A stretch of DNA of 64,000 nt from Octopus sinensis (Eukaryota). The notes beneath the pieces were generated by a model that worked only from the letters and a program-made list of their open reading frames with translations, was not told the DNA's origin and searched no databases. The stretch is taken from NCBI RefSeq assembly GCF_006345805.1, contig NC_043013.1:30132001-30196000 (forward strand), in the 5' to 3' direction. A program made the translations under genes and the position numbers. Positions 13,211 to 27,120 of this stretch are shown here, piece by piece (position 1 is the first letter of the stretch; each line of letters starts with the position of its first letter).

Positions 13211-13974
13211 TCCACACACTTGGATGGAGATACGACTGACAGTCCTAGCAGGAAGATTACTCGCGTGGATGCTCTTCGATTTTGTGGAATACGTTGTGTT
13301 TGTGAAGCTTTCAAGCTCCAATAAAAGTAAAGTATCACTCGAACGTTATATCTAAAATTTGTGTTTAAATAATTTCCTAATATTTAAATTAAGCAATCAT
13401 TTTAAATGTTTGGAAAATAATCAGAAGTACTGCTCGAAGAAGTGATCTACATGATATCTTAAAAATTTAACCCGTAGTGCTTTCTCCTGTGTGACATGGT
13501 TTAGGACGGTTCATAATATATCCTTAACTACCCGGGAATATTTTCACCTTCAGTCACAACGTTTTACCTCATCTGTAATGATCCGGAAAAACTACGATGA
13601 CAAAATAGAAACATGATGCGTGTTGGGTATTGGGGTAATATACGATGCTGTGTATTTTCGTATTTCAGAATAAATTTGAATGTAAACTGTTACTTAAATA
13701 CATACAATTGGTCCAAAATTAAGTTAATAAAATTCTACTGCAGTTGTTTGTACAATTGGAAAGCTTCACAGTTAATCTATTCACAAGAACGTAAAAAGCG
13801 GAAGTGCTAAAAGTTGTCTTACAATATTTTTGGAATAATTACACCAGTTAAGTTTAACATAGTTACCTTATGAAGCATATGAACCTCACATCCTATGTCC
13901 TGTACATCATCGGCATAATGGGGGGTAATAGCTATCTATGTATATGTATTCGCATATATTTAAATACATACTCA

Positions 13975-14026
13975 CACACACACACACACATACATACATA
14001 CATACATACATACATACATACATACA

Positions 14027-14059
<33 letters not shown>

Positions 14060-14062
14060 GCA
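13975..14062. repeat. (CA)n/(TACA)n microsatellite
   Basis: Directly visible. Confidence 0.97.
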
Positions 14063-14064
14063 TA

Positions 14065-14715
14065 CATAGAGGAACTAAATACTTGATGCACAAAAGGGAT
14101 AGAGATGCAGGAAAAACAGTAAAATGAGACAACGGAAGCACACTTTGTAGAGTTAAGACCGAAGATATCTCCCACATCATAGGCAGTTATCCGAAAATAT
14201 CATCACGGTTTTATTTACCGATTCGGCATGGTGTTGTAGCTAGGACACTCTATAATGAAAGCCGTTGGAAGGATAGCCCCAAGGACAAAGAAATAAGAAT
14301 CCATATTATGGTGGTGGCCATAGCCACTCATAATAAAAAGGAGTACTGGTGGAATGTCCCAGGGAAAAACTCATTAAAATGTAAGCACAGGAGACTTGAT
14401 ATAATGATTTGGTATAGAAAAGAGAAACTGTGTACAGTTGTGGAGATTAGTTGCCCAGCAGATGTTAACATAAAGCTGAAGATCAGTGGAAAAGTGAATA
14501 CCTACATTGAACTACTGAGAAATCTGTAGATACTCTATCCAGATTAGAAGTTTAGGTTTATAGTTGTAATTATTAGGGCCTTGGGATACGTAACACGCGG
14601 CCTAAATACCAATCTTGAGAAATTAGGCTTCACGAAACCTGAAAGGAGGAAACTAATTCGAAGACACAGTTCCAATTTATCAATGGAACCGTAAAAATCA
14701 TGAAGATTATCATTT
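14065..14715 (+). mobile_element. 5'-truncated R4/Dong-like non-LTR retrotransposon: decayed zinc knuckle plus restriction-like endonuclease
   Basis: One frame with stops reads LCRVKTEDISHIIGSYP...IRHGVVARTLY...EYWWN...KHRRLDIMIW...VVEISCPAD...KVNTYIELLRNL, matching the CCHC / RHD / PD..E order of RLE-type LINEs. Confidence 0.85.
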
Positions 14716-15317
14716 AAATATATATGAACATGTTTCGACATGCAACTATATGCATGTGAATACATACATAAAACAAAACATACATGCAATATAAGCTTTT
14801 CGTTCTGTTTGCACCACACGGGCACACATACACACAGAGAGTTCTCGTCATAGCTATTGAATATGAAAATAGCTCATGATTGAAAAACAAAAACTATCTA
14901 TTACGTTTGCACCTTTATTTCCCCATTGTTTTATATTTCTGGAACCCATATTGGAACAGTTAATACGAGAGAGAAGGCAGAAAGTCGTTCTTAAGGGAAT
15001 GAGAATTTTCTTTTAAAACTGTAGGGAATTTGGTACTATTCAGTAATTTTTAGGTTCTTTTCTAACAACTTATAGCACTCTCACATATATGAATTTTAAC
15101 ACCGTCACTAACCCAAAATATGTATTCCGGATATAAATTTGTTGTCATGCATAAAAGCAAAATCGAAACCCACTTTTGTTGCGAGGAAACAGTGTACACA
15201 TTCCAAATGGATTATATTAACTTAATTACAATAAAAGAATAAGTAATTATATATCTATCTATCTATATTTATCTCTTTCACTCGCTCTCTCTCTTATATA
15301 TATATATATATATACTA

Positions 15318-15353
<36 letters not shown>

Positions 15354-17507
15354 CATATATAACGAGAGAGAGGGGGAGGGGGAGAAAGAGAGAGAGAGAT
15401 AAATTTTCCAAGTATGAAACGTACTCTCGATATGATTTAAACCAGATTTGAAGCAAACTAGATTTGAAGCAAAAGATACACTATATGTAATAAGTACATA
15501 TATGCATACATGTACAAAACGTTCTTCACACACGTATCGCACATAGATGCTCATATATATACATATATAGGCGCTCATACAAGTATATATACATGTATAT
15601 ATATGTATATAAATAAATATACCAATAACACGCTGGCTTTTACTAATTCCAAATAAATATATAAATACATACGATATGATGGGTAATTAATAAAGTTTAT
15701 ACCAGTCCATCATTATTTACCATCATTGAAATATGGGTGAAGTGAATGAATATAAATGAAAATATTGTCAGTGTTTTCACATGAATTATTACCTCATTAC
15801 TTCAATCGAGAACTGAAATATTATACAAAAGGTGCTACACTGGTAATCTTCGAACGTAATAACAGATTGCCACATTACATAAATTACAAAGACAGACTAA
15901 TTGCAAGCTTTAATAATTGACAACGGAATTACTATAATACACGAAATTAAATTCTTTTCTGTTGGAATTTACAGTTATTACTGACATACCAAACTTTCTC
16001 CTGATTTGTAAGATATTGATTATTTTTTATACCTGAAGACGTTGGTGTATGCGAAAGAGTAGGAGGTCTAAGGTTGTAAATTATGAAAGCATTCTGATTC
16101 TTGTATAGAGATCTAACTTTGCTACCGAAGCGTAATCTTATTTAATTCATAATAGTTCAAATTTTCACAACGAAAAAAGGTGTCTATAGCTTATAACATA
16201 TGGTGATTATTATGTTATTATTAAAGACAGTAGAATTTCATAAATGAGATCAGTGAAAAATATTTCAACCTTTACTCAGGAATGTTTCTAATTTCCTTTG
16301 ACATTTACCCCGGGAAGAAACCATTGTTGACAGCTACTACTAATCACTCATGCTCGTATAGTGTCCTTTGCTGTCGGAGATTGCCCTGAATTGCAAATCT
16401 GCCAGTGTTTTAAATTTCATTCTTACGTAGTCGATGATATTAATATATAAGTAATATACTGAGGTTAATTCAACTGAAAATATTATTTATCTATCTAATT
16501 TGAACTTTTGCCAGTGTGAATAAATCAATGTATGTGATATATGGAACACGTAAACATCATATTTGCTCAGTAATAAGAGAGCCAACTTCTGGAACGAAAC
16601 TTAAAATTGTACTATTCAGGTACAATGTATATCCTTTTCCGTAATTACTATACTGTTTTAACAAAAATCTGCTTTCGAAATCATTATCAAATGCAACGCT
16701 GGCTATACATAAAGAAATTTTTTTATGTTAAAGTATCTGAGACTTAAGGAACTGAACTCATACAAAGAAGGGTGTAAAAAAGATTTTAAGCGCCCAGTCA
16801 TTAAATAAATTTGTAAAATATATGTAATTTATATGTGAACGAGTTTCTTCCGGCAAGGTACGCAGCCAGCATTCAAACTGAATTTTGTCTGGAAATGAAT
16901 TTACTACATTACACTATCGGAAGATATACTATGAACTCCAGAGGAAAACAAAGCAATATTGCTTTAAATGGTGTCATGAAAGTCAAAATCTATTGTAACG
17001 GTCGAAAGAGAACAGAGGAAATTAGTTAGCTCGATATTCAACCTTTACTCTCAGATATGGACACCAAGATACTATGAAATGTATTCTTTATTAACCACAC
17101 ACTTTCTATGTGTAAGGAGGAACTCATTCATTACACAGTGATACGTGAGTATTCAATTTATATGCGACCTGACGGAAGTATATTGCATCACAAGTGTAAT
17201 AAGTCATGTTGCAGGAAAATGAAATTTATAACAAACTAACTACGAAAAGTTTCCATTTGTTTCTAAACTTCTGTTCGGACGTTTAAGATGCATTGAAAAT
17301 AAGCCAAATAAACTCCTTAAATAATTTCTGGTGTACATTTGGCTTCCGTACAAATATTGTAGCTCTATTTTGATTTTGGATTTCATTAGAGTTAACACGA
17401 CTGGATAGAGACAATACGAGGGCTTTTTGCCAGAAAGTCAGAAAACGAGAGAATCTCAATTTAATTTACTTCAACTAAGTGTGGGTGACGTACAAACATT
17501 CATTTTT

Positions 17508-17569
<62 letters not shown>

Positions 17570-17707
17570 TAGGAAATATATGGTGGCATCGATTGAAAGC
17601 ATATGCCTGTTATATAAACGACACATGAGAATTCGGATTTCGAAGACTTCTCAATGATACACAAAACAATTTCTATATAACCAGTTCGTAGAAACAAATA
17701 TAATTTT

Positions 17708-17736
17708 CTGAATATATATATATATATAATATATAT

Positions 17737-17800
<64 letters not shown>

Positions 17801-17982
17801 GTATGTATGCAATAAAACAACCAATAAAAACAGGTACATATATATACATATAATTTATTATAACACACAACGTGTCACAGTTTCAGAAATACCATATAAC
17901 AAACATGTACGATCTTCAAATAACGTAGAACTAAAAACGCGTGTAGACTTATTTAACCTTCAACGTGCAATATTACATACTG

Positions 17983-18019
<37 letters not shown>

Positions 18020-18146
18020 CATATATACATATGCATATATATATATATACATATATACATACAAATATATATATATATAATATATATATATATATAAATA
18101 TATTATATATATATAATATATATATATATAATATATATATATAAAC

Positions 18147-18205
<59 letters not shown>
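17708..18205. repeat. Long (TA)n/(CA)n compound microsatellite region with a short unique spacer
   Basis: Directly visible. Confidence 0.9.
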
Positions 18206-18208
<3 letters not shown>

Positions 18209-18410
18209 CGCCATGATGGGTCACTAGCCACGACACACATTTCTCTCTCCTTTTTTTCTCTCTTTGTTGTTTCTGTGTCCCTTTCTGTAGAAGCGCGTAG
18301 GCTCGAAACGTAAAAGACATTTTCTATTCCTGAGCATTATACTAATTCATCTGTTTGTTTTGTACACCACCTGTCTTCGTCTTTTTTTTTCGTAACCTCT
18401 CCCTATATAT
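18205..18410 (+). mobile_element. Short Penelope-associated repeat, family A
   Basis: Homologous in reverse to 45815-45965; carries a hammerhead-like motif. Confidence 0.7.
18281..18316 (+). ncRNA. Minimal type I hammerhead-like motif, family A (A6U core)
   Basis: CUUU-CUGUAGA-A-GCGC GUAG GCUC-GAA-ACGU-A/AAAG: helix I CUUU/AAAG, helix II with one mismatch, palindromic ACGU helix III, GUA cleavage triplet. Confidence 0.6.
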
Positions 18411-18450
18411 ATATGTATATATATATATATCTATATATAATATATATATA

Positions 18451-18488
<38 letters not shown>

Positions 18489-18737
18489 TATATAATATAT
18501 ATAGACGTTGAATGATCGAAATGAGGAGTAGATAGACAGCCGGCAAGGGGGCTTTCTCTGTTTACTTGTCCAGTTTTCTATTTTCTCTCGTTTATTTTAT
18601 GTTATTTGCACCGTTGGTAATGTCTTGTTTCTATACATAAATACAGATACATACATACACACACACACACACATATATATATGTGTGTGTATATATATGT
18701 ATATATGTATATATATGTGTGTGTGTGTGAGTGTGTG

Positions 18738-19557
18738 TACGGAATGCGATGGCAGGCTGCACGAGAGAAAAGTCGCTGGGCTTGGATGCTCTGCCCTACG
18801 AGCTTTATTGTCAAATGCCAGACTTGTTTGAAGAAGTCTTTGCAACAGTCTACTGCAACTAGCAGCAAAACGGGAGTATCCCCTGTTTTGTGAACCGAGG
18901 AGCGGTGACACTGCTAAAGAAGACCCAAACAAGGAAAAAGTTATAGATAATTAACGGCTTATCATTATGTTCAACGCAGTTATGAGAATTTTGGTCAAGT
19001 TGCTAGCCGAGCGGTTGTCATCGAAAAACTAACGGACAAAGTGCAAACATGCGACGTGCCGGGCAGAAGTATCCATGACAACCTTCATCTAATGCACTAC
19101 ATCATAGACACTGTAGTTAAGGAATCTGGCTTGAGTGGGGTGCTGATCAATTTGGATCAATCGAAAGCATAGGAGCATCCCGCGAAAACTGGGATGTGGG
19201 AGGAGCGTGTCTGCATACGCGGACGATGTCACTGTCATAGTGTCGAGCTACAGGCATATCGAACTCGTAGGTAACGGGAGCGAAAATTAATCCGGGAAAG
19301 CCAGTGGGCTTGCGGCTCGGCACCTGAAGAAGCAAGCCTATGCCGTCTAACAGTGTCTCCATCGTGGGGGACTGGACCAACGAACCGCTTAAACTGCTCG
19401 GGATCAGGTGCACTCCAGACCTCCAAATGGAGAAGAACAGGGAAGAGATAACGAGTAGGGTGGCGACTCTCACCCAGCAATGGGCTGAGAAGCTATCTCT
19501 AAAAGGTCGGGTTGAGGTGGCGAATGCGTACATCGCACCCATTATCTAGTACTGTCC
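18738..19557 (+). mobile_element. Tx1/L1-clade LINE reverse transcriptase remnant, internally deleted
   Basis: Frameshifted translation: KSLGLDALPYELY, VPGRSIHDNLHLM, LINLDQSKA, SAYADDVTV, GAKINPGK, LKLLGI, KLSLKGRVEVAN. GC-richer than the flanks. Confidence 0.9.
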
Positions 19558-20115
19558 CATCTGTGTTCAGCCCTGCGTGGATAATAATGAACTCTGTCTG
19601 TTCGTCTTGCTAGCTAGCTAGCTAGATAGAGGAAGTTCTAAATAATTAGGCACAGAAACTGTAATCGTAAATTGATTCAATGCAGAGAGTTCTAGCTTTT
19701 ATTTATTAAATAAATGAACATCATACATTATTCAATGTTTCACCAATATCGCTTCAAAGAAGAGTAGGAATTATGCAAATTGTAAATGGAAAATAAAAGG
19801 GAAATGTTATGATAAGTTTAATAAATATAGCTTTTGCATTTTTGAGGAAATGTCTGGTCTACAATTGTTGCAATGCATAAGCAACGAAAGACAAAAACAG
19901 AAAAAGCCTAGCGGTTAGATCTAACCCCAACATGACCGTTGTTGTGAAACATATATGCCAATCAACACTCCGCTTCATGATAGTAAATTGGGGACATTGT
20001 AACATTTAGAGGATAATATTTTGCTTATTTTCATAAAGTGCAGCCGTGAGGGTGTGGTAAAAATTTTACTTGCCAACCTCATGACAATGTTTCAGTTTCA
20101 GTCAAGCTGCGCCGC

Positions 20116-20118
<3 letters not shown>

Positions 20119-20212
<94 letters not shown>

Positions 20213-20928
20213 GGATTAGCGAGAGATAAATATATAGATTGATTGACAGACAGAGTAATAGATTGATAAATAGATACACACATGTCGCAATAGCTTGTTT
20301 CAGTTGCATATAATGAAATTACTTATAAAATATATTAAAATATATATTAAAATATATTTCTTAAAATGCGCTATAATGAGCAGTTTATGGCTCATATCTA
20401 GTAGTTACCAGTAAATCGTATGCGTAAATGCATTATAGATGTGAAAAGAATACAACAATTGTACATGGTTAGAACTCAAACAAACAATTATAACAATGTT
20501 TACATTTGTGGTTACAGACGTCACGCACAAAGAAAAGATTGTGCCACGCATGTATTTACACGCCGTTTGCTATAGCATAGCCCTTACATATTTCAAAGTC
20601 ATTGTTGGGAAATCGAAATATGGTATTATAGTAAAATTTGTTCGGAAATCTATAGAATTTAAGTGTATCAATTTAACCAATCGTGTTACTCTTAACGTTG
20701 TGAAAATTACAAGAGCTTTAGAATTGAACATACAGGTCTGTTTTATGAAATAAAATTTCAAAGTTTATTGTCATTACCGGAAAACCAGAAGTTTTTAAGT
20801 ATAGCAACTTTCCATTCGAACTGCGGCTAACTTCGTAAAAGATGTATATCAAGGATTTTAGAACTGAAAATATCTGTTTTATTAAGTACATTTTGTAAGC
20901 TTTTAGAAATCATCGATAAAACTTATCA

Positions 20929-21017
<89 letters not shown>

Positions 21018-21732
21018 GATTAGCGAGAGATAAATATATAGATTGATTGACAGACAGAGTAATAGATTGATAAATAGATACACACATGTCGCAATAGCTT
21101 GTTTCAGTTGCATATAATGAAATTACTTATAAAATATATTAAAATATATATTAAAATATATTTCTTAAAATGCGCTATAATGAGCAGTTTATGGCTCATA
21201 TCTAGTAGTTACCAGTAAATCGTATGCGTAAATGCATTATAGATGTGAAAAGAATACAACAATTGTACATGGTTAGAACTCAAACAAACAATTATAACAA
21301 TGTTTACATTTGTGGTTACAGACGTCACGCACAAAGAAAAGATTGTGCCACGCATGTATTTACACGCCGTTTGCTATAGCATAGCCCTTACATATTTCAA
21401 AGTCATTGTTGGGAAATCGAAATATGGTATTATAGTAAAATTTGTTCGGAAATCTATAGAATTTAAGTGTATCAATTTAACCAATCGTGTTACTCTTAAC
21501 GTTGTGAAAATTACAAGAGCTTTAGAATTGAACATACAGGTCTGTTTTATGAAATAAAATTTCAAAGTTTATTGTCATTACCGGAAAACCAGAAGTTTTT
21601 AAGTATAGCAACTTTCCATTCGAACTGCGGCTAACTTCGTAAAAGATGTATATCAAGGATTTTAGAACTGAAAATATCTGTTTTATTAAGTACATTTTGT
21701 AAGCTTTTAGAAATCATCGATAAAACTTATCA

Positions 21733-21781
<49 letters not shown>
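20119..21781. repeat. Tandem duplication of an ~804-bp unit bounded by three (TA)n tracts
   Basis: 20161-20929 and 20960-21733 look identical outside the GA tract; duplicate ORFs 20496/21300 and 20570/21374 are offset by 804. Confidence 0.95.
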
Positions 21782-21782
<1 letters not shown>

Positions 21783-21889
21783 GTATATTCTTGATATACA
21801 TCTTTCACAAAGTTAGCTGCAGATCCAATGGTAAGTTACTACACTTAGAAGTTCCTGGTTTCCTGGTAATGACAATATATATGTATATA

Positions 21890-21921
<32 letters not shown>

Positions 21922-22435
21922 GTTTGTATGTATGTATGTATATATATGTATATCTATGTGTGTAATATGTATGTATACACATTGTGCGCTTGTATGTGTG
22001 TCTGTGTGTGTTTGTGAGAGTGTGTGTGCGCTGGTGTGTGTGCACGCGTGCGTTTATTCACACAATGGTGGAGTGAACATAATTTAGTGTGATTTAGACT
22101 CTGGCTATATAACTAATACCTTAATACAAGATACAAAATAAAGAAAGAAATGAATTTAATTTGTCATTACATTCGCTATCAGGAAGAGCTCACTAAAACT
22201 TTATTTCCATAAGTAAGCATAAGGTACAAAGAAAATGTATAAATAATTCCACGGAGGATCGCACGTATTCATGTTTACATATAAAACGATATATATTTAC
22301 ACATGTACACCCATCTGTATACGTACATATTCATAACTTCATAGATACAGACATGCATTTATATATGTACGCATTTATGTGCACATTTGTATTTATGTGT
22401 ATATATATGTCCCTATACATACACATACATACTTT

Positions 22436-22467
<32 letters not shown>

Positions 22468-22479
22468 ATATATACACGA

Positions 22480-22534
<55 letters not shown>

Positions 22535-22638
22535 GACTTACATATATATCTATATTTTTTTTTTCTTTCCATTCCTGAGCGTACTTATTCCACGTCCTCG
22601 CGTTTTTTAAAATTTTTGCTTGTTCATGTTTCGATTGA

Positions 22639-22677
<39 letters not shown>

Positions 22678-23454
22678 CACGCACACACACATATGTATAT
22701 ATACATGCATGTATGTATGTTATGTTTGTCTGTATATATATATATACAAGCATTCATGCAAGAATTTATACATTCGTATCTTCATATGTACATCTAATTG
22801 TTTAAAATTTCTAAAACTTCAATGCCGGAGGAACCAGAAGAAAAACTTTTATTCTATTAATCGTCATTGCGTATCCTATAACTTATAAGAGTATTTAGGT
22901 AAGCAATGCGGCTATTACAATCTCTACGCATAACTAAAGAACGATCACCAGTAATGTAGTTGAAATAATCTTAGTATTCTATTACTATATAGTACGCAAA
23001 TTTGTAGATAAATTTTAACGGTATATAAATCATATTATAAGTAAACATAAATTTTAAATAAATACACAATCAAGTAGTGGAGTGTATGTTAGATAAGGAA
23101 ACATACTGAGGCTAAATATTGTATAATATTAAGATTAAATAGAAATAATAAAATGAATCCAGCATTTTATTTCATTTTCAAACTTCAAAGCTCACCCAAA
23201 TATCGCTTAACATTTATATATAAGAAAAATTCACTTTCATAAAAACATACGTCACGTACATTCAATCAGTGATATGTGTGTCTGCGCGCGTATGTCGTTT
23301 GCATAGAGTGTATACATACACACATACATGTATATATATATATGAATCTGCCAAATCTATCTCTCCTGCTCTTTCTACCTGTTTCTCCTTATATGTATAT
23401 ATATATATATATACATACATACGCACACACATATATATATGTATATGTATATTA

Positions 23455-23862
23455 TGCCTGTTAAGAAGCTTGCTTCCTAACCACGTTCCTCCGCGTTCAC
23501 ATCCACTGTGTGGCACCTTTAGCATATGTCTTCTATTCTAACTACGGACCGAACAAAGCCTTGCAGGTGGATTTTGGTAGACGGAAACTGAAAGAATCTC
23601 GTTGTATACACGCGCGCGCACACACAGTCACACACACACACACGCTCACACACATATATAAGTGTCTTTGTGTTTCTGCTTATGCTTCGCCATTATTGGT
23701 GTAATTACGTTCCCGTAACTTAGCGGTTCGTCACAAGACACCAATAGTATAAGTACTATGCATACAAAGAATATGTCTTGGGGTCGATTTCTTCCACTAA
23801 AACACTTCAAGGCGGTGTTCTAGCATGGCCTCAGTCAAATGACTGAAAGTAGTGAAAGAATA
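23455..23862 (+). mobile_element. SINE family 1, diverged, with internal microsatellite
   Basis: AAGAAGCTTGCTTCCTAACCAC head, GGATTTTGGTAGACGGAAACTGAAAG core and the family 3' half. Confidence 0.85.
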
Positions 23863-23883
23863 AAACAATATATATACACGCAC

Positions 23884-23931
<48 letters not shown>

Positions 23932-25110
23932 CCTACTCAGTCTTCAACGACATCATTACGGATGAATCACTCAACTGGAACTAAAATGAAAGTTGCGTAC
24001 AGTGCAAACACAACGACTCGAGATCGATAGATTCAATAACGTTAAAAATATGGTCTTCGATATTATTGAGTTTGTCATATTTCCATTGTAGCCCCATGCA
24101 TGTGTTTTGAAAATTCCTTAGGCTGTCGCTTTAGAAGCTTCAAAATCTCATTTTCAAATTTAATTATTGATATGGCTTACAGTCGATATGTCCTGCTGTA
24201 AGCTGCAATAAATTTCCGAGATAATTCTATAAGTGATAAAATTTTCAAATCTATATTTATTATTATGGCCGGGTTCCAAATCTATATTCAAATTTATACA
24301 ACGGAATATTATGGCAGGTTTCAAAATATAACATACCTTTAGTTATGCTATATCTGTGTCTTTAATTTGTTCTTCGACGTTGGTTTTAGTAGATGTTCTG
24401 TTTTTGTTCTAATTGACTTTTCTTTTTAAATCTAGCAACTTTATATTTGCTATGATATCAACAAATATTTTTCAATAAAATTTCGTTTTATATACGGTAT
24501 TATAACGTGATGCAATAATTCTTAGTTTAAATACATAGTCAACCAACGAGAAAGAAGTGTATATGTGCGTCCGATTTAATTCCATTTACAATTTTCATGT
24601 TTAAACTGAAAATTGCATATAACTTTTGATGGGCTCTGTGTTTTCATAGGTATGATTTCATATTAGTGAGTGTTTCCTTCTGGTATTATTGCGATATAGC
24701 CCTACTATGAATTTGTTGTTATGTGTGATATATTTTGACGTATATGTTATAAGTTTTGATGATGTATGAATCCATTATATCACACGAGTGTATCAGGATC
24801 ATACAATATACTGTTTGTGAAATTATAGTGAGTATTACATATCTTGTAACACTGTGAATTTTCATTGTTTTATGCTTTCGACTAATATATTTGCAAACCT
24901 ATTACTAAATGATCTCAGATACTCGCGAAAGATTTTAATGTTCAATGTTTCTTTAGTGGATCAAACTTTAAGCGCTTGTAAAAACTGATATTGTGTCGTT
25001 AGGGAGATTCGCTTCCGCCGAGGGTTTATTTGTGTTAATTAATGATTTTTGTTTAACTGAAATGTTATACATATTGATCTGCATCTCTTTGGTAATATCT
25101 AGGAATATTT

Positions 25111-25488
25111 AAGGTGGCGAGCTGGCATCAAAGTTAGCACGCCGGGCGAAATGCGTAGCCGTTCTGAGTTCAAATTCCGCCGAGGTCGACTTTGCTTTTC
25201 ATCCTTTCGGGGTCGATAAATTAAGTACCAGTTACGCGCTGGGGTCGATGTGATCGACTTAATCCGTTTGTCTGTCCTTGTTTGTCCTCTCTATGTTTAG
25301 CCCCTTGTGGGTAGTAAAGAAACAGGTATTACGTCTGCCGCTATGTTCTGAGTTCAAAATCCGCCGAGGTCGACTTTGCCTTTCATCCTTTCTGCATCGA
25401 TAAATTAAGTTTCAGTTGCGTACTAGTGGCGATCTAATCGGCTGCATCCTCTTCAAAATTTTCAGCCTTTGTGCCTAGAGTAGAAAAG
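25111..25488 (+). mobile_element. SINE family 2, head plus two cores, with 17-bp TSD
   Basis: TSD AATATCTAGGAATATTT at 25094-25110 and 25489-25505; two GTTCTGAGTTCAAA.TCCGCCGAGGTCGACTTTG cores. Confidence 0.92.
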
Positions 25489-26089
25489 AATATCTAGGAA
25501 TATTTGTCGATCTATATTTTAAAGTCCAGATTCTATCAGCTATATAATCATTCCCAGACGCATGACATTGCAGCAAATTAATTTGAAAGTGAGATTCGGA
25601 AAATATCGATAATTCGACCTAATGGATTTAGCAACATTATTGCTTAATTCCAAAGCAAATGTCTAATTAGAAAATGTGACAAATCCCAGCTGTACAACAA
25701 ATCTTATGTTTTCAATGACTAGCTGTCACTTAATTTTCCCCCCACGCACACACACATTCGAGCACATACACACGCATACAACAGACATATATATATATAT
25801 TGTGAAATTCCATTTTTGCTAAATTAAAGGGGACATTTCTTTTGATGTGTTTAAGGTGGCATGAGCTAAACAAGACATGCTGCTTCGAGTCATTTGGTCT
25901 ATGGTAAATGTCAGTTATAACTTAGTTGTTGACTTTTCTCATCATAATATCCAATAAGAGGAACAGTTCTTTGCTATATTCCATTATGAATTGAATATTA
26001 GGGTTTATATTATATTTAGTATTCATTTGAATTCCAAACGTTTTTCAACGGTCTCCTTCCACATGATAAAACAGTCATTCAGGTATCAT

Positions 26090-27120
26090 TTCTAGTTCTG
26101 TCTTATATAATGGTGAAATACATAGCAATATTTTTGCCATGACACTTCATATATGGTGAATTCAGAATAACCCATTACTAGTTTAGCAAGAACAGGGTTG
26201 CCTTCGTTCCCATCGAAAATTCCGCATTTTTGACGACAGTAGGTATCATCAAATAGGAAAAGATTGTTCTGAAGTATGAATTTTAAAGATTTAATAAAAA
26301 AGACATGCTTTATGCGTTCCGGAAGTACTTCGGGGTATTTTCCAAGCAGAATTTTATCGCTTCTATTCCTGTGGGATGCCGCTGTAAAGATTAATGAAAT
26401 CGAAGGAAACCAATAACTGCACTTCATTAGTTGTTTTTGGTAAGTGTTCTAGCATGTCTAGATTATCTCTAATGAAACTTTTGATGTATTTCAGTAAGGG
26501 TTTCAAAAGGATGTCTAGAAATTTTCTCACGCGGTAGGTTTCACAGGCTGGACCAGCTATAATGGGTCTTAACTTTAGTCCTCTGGCGCTTGGATATTTA
26601 CGTATTTGCCTGGGGATTGTTTGCAGGCTTCATTAACTACCTTGTTATTTTAAGTTCGTGATATAATCTATTTTTTCCTGTCAGGCCTTTTCTATGTAGA
26701 AGTATTAGGGATGTAACATTTTTCATTGTTTCTTGCCGCTTATAGATTACAACTTCTTCGTAGAAGTTATCGTTTTCTAGCATGGATAATACTAGGTCTT
26801 TGTAGTGTTCTGTGTCTATCAGGACTACAACACTTCCTTTGTCTGCTTCTTTAATTGTCAGTTCTTTGCCGTTTTGTAGTTCAGTTAGATTTATCCATTC
26901 TTGATTGTTGAGGTTTGAATTAATTTTTCACTTATGGCAGGCATTTGAGAACTCTTGGGTATGGTTGCAGATGTCATCTAGTATTTTATTCTCACTTTAG
27001 GTGGAAGATAATTACTTCTGTTTTTAATCAATGATTCATCTTCATTGTTGTCGTCAGTTAGTGCTTTTGTGAGTCGTAGTTTTCTGCATATTACATACCC
27101 ATCGCTGTACATATTTCATC
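26090..27120 (-). mobile_element. Penelope-like element reverse transcriptase remnant (N-terminal half)
   Basis: Minus-strand translation with frameshifts: RKLRL, LIKNRSNYLPP, LTIKEADKGSVVVL, LRPIIAGP, KSFIRDNLDMLEHLP, LLVSFDFINLYSGIP, FILQNNLFLFDDTYCRQKCG...PVLAKLVMGYSE. Confidence 0.88.

Noticed and set aside
16033-16075. CTGAAGA...CGAAA hammerhead-like spacing
   Set aside because: Helix II and helix I do not pair convincingly.
17415-17700. Mariner-like TIR start TACGAGGGC
   Set aside because: No matching second TIR and no transposase sequence found.
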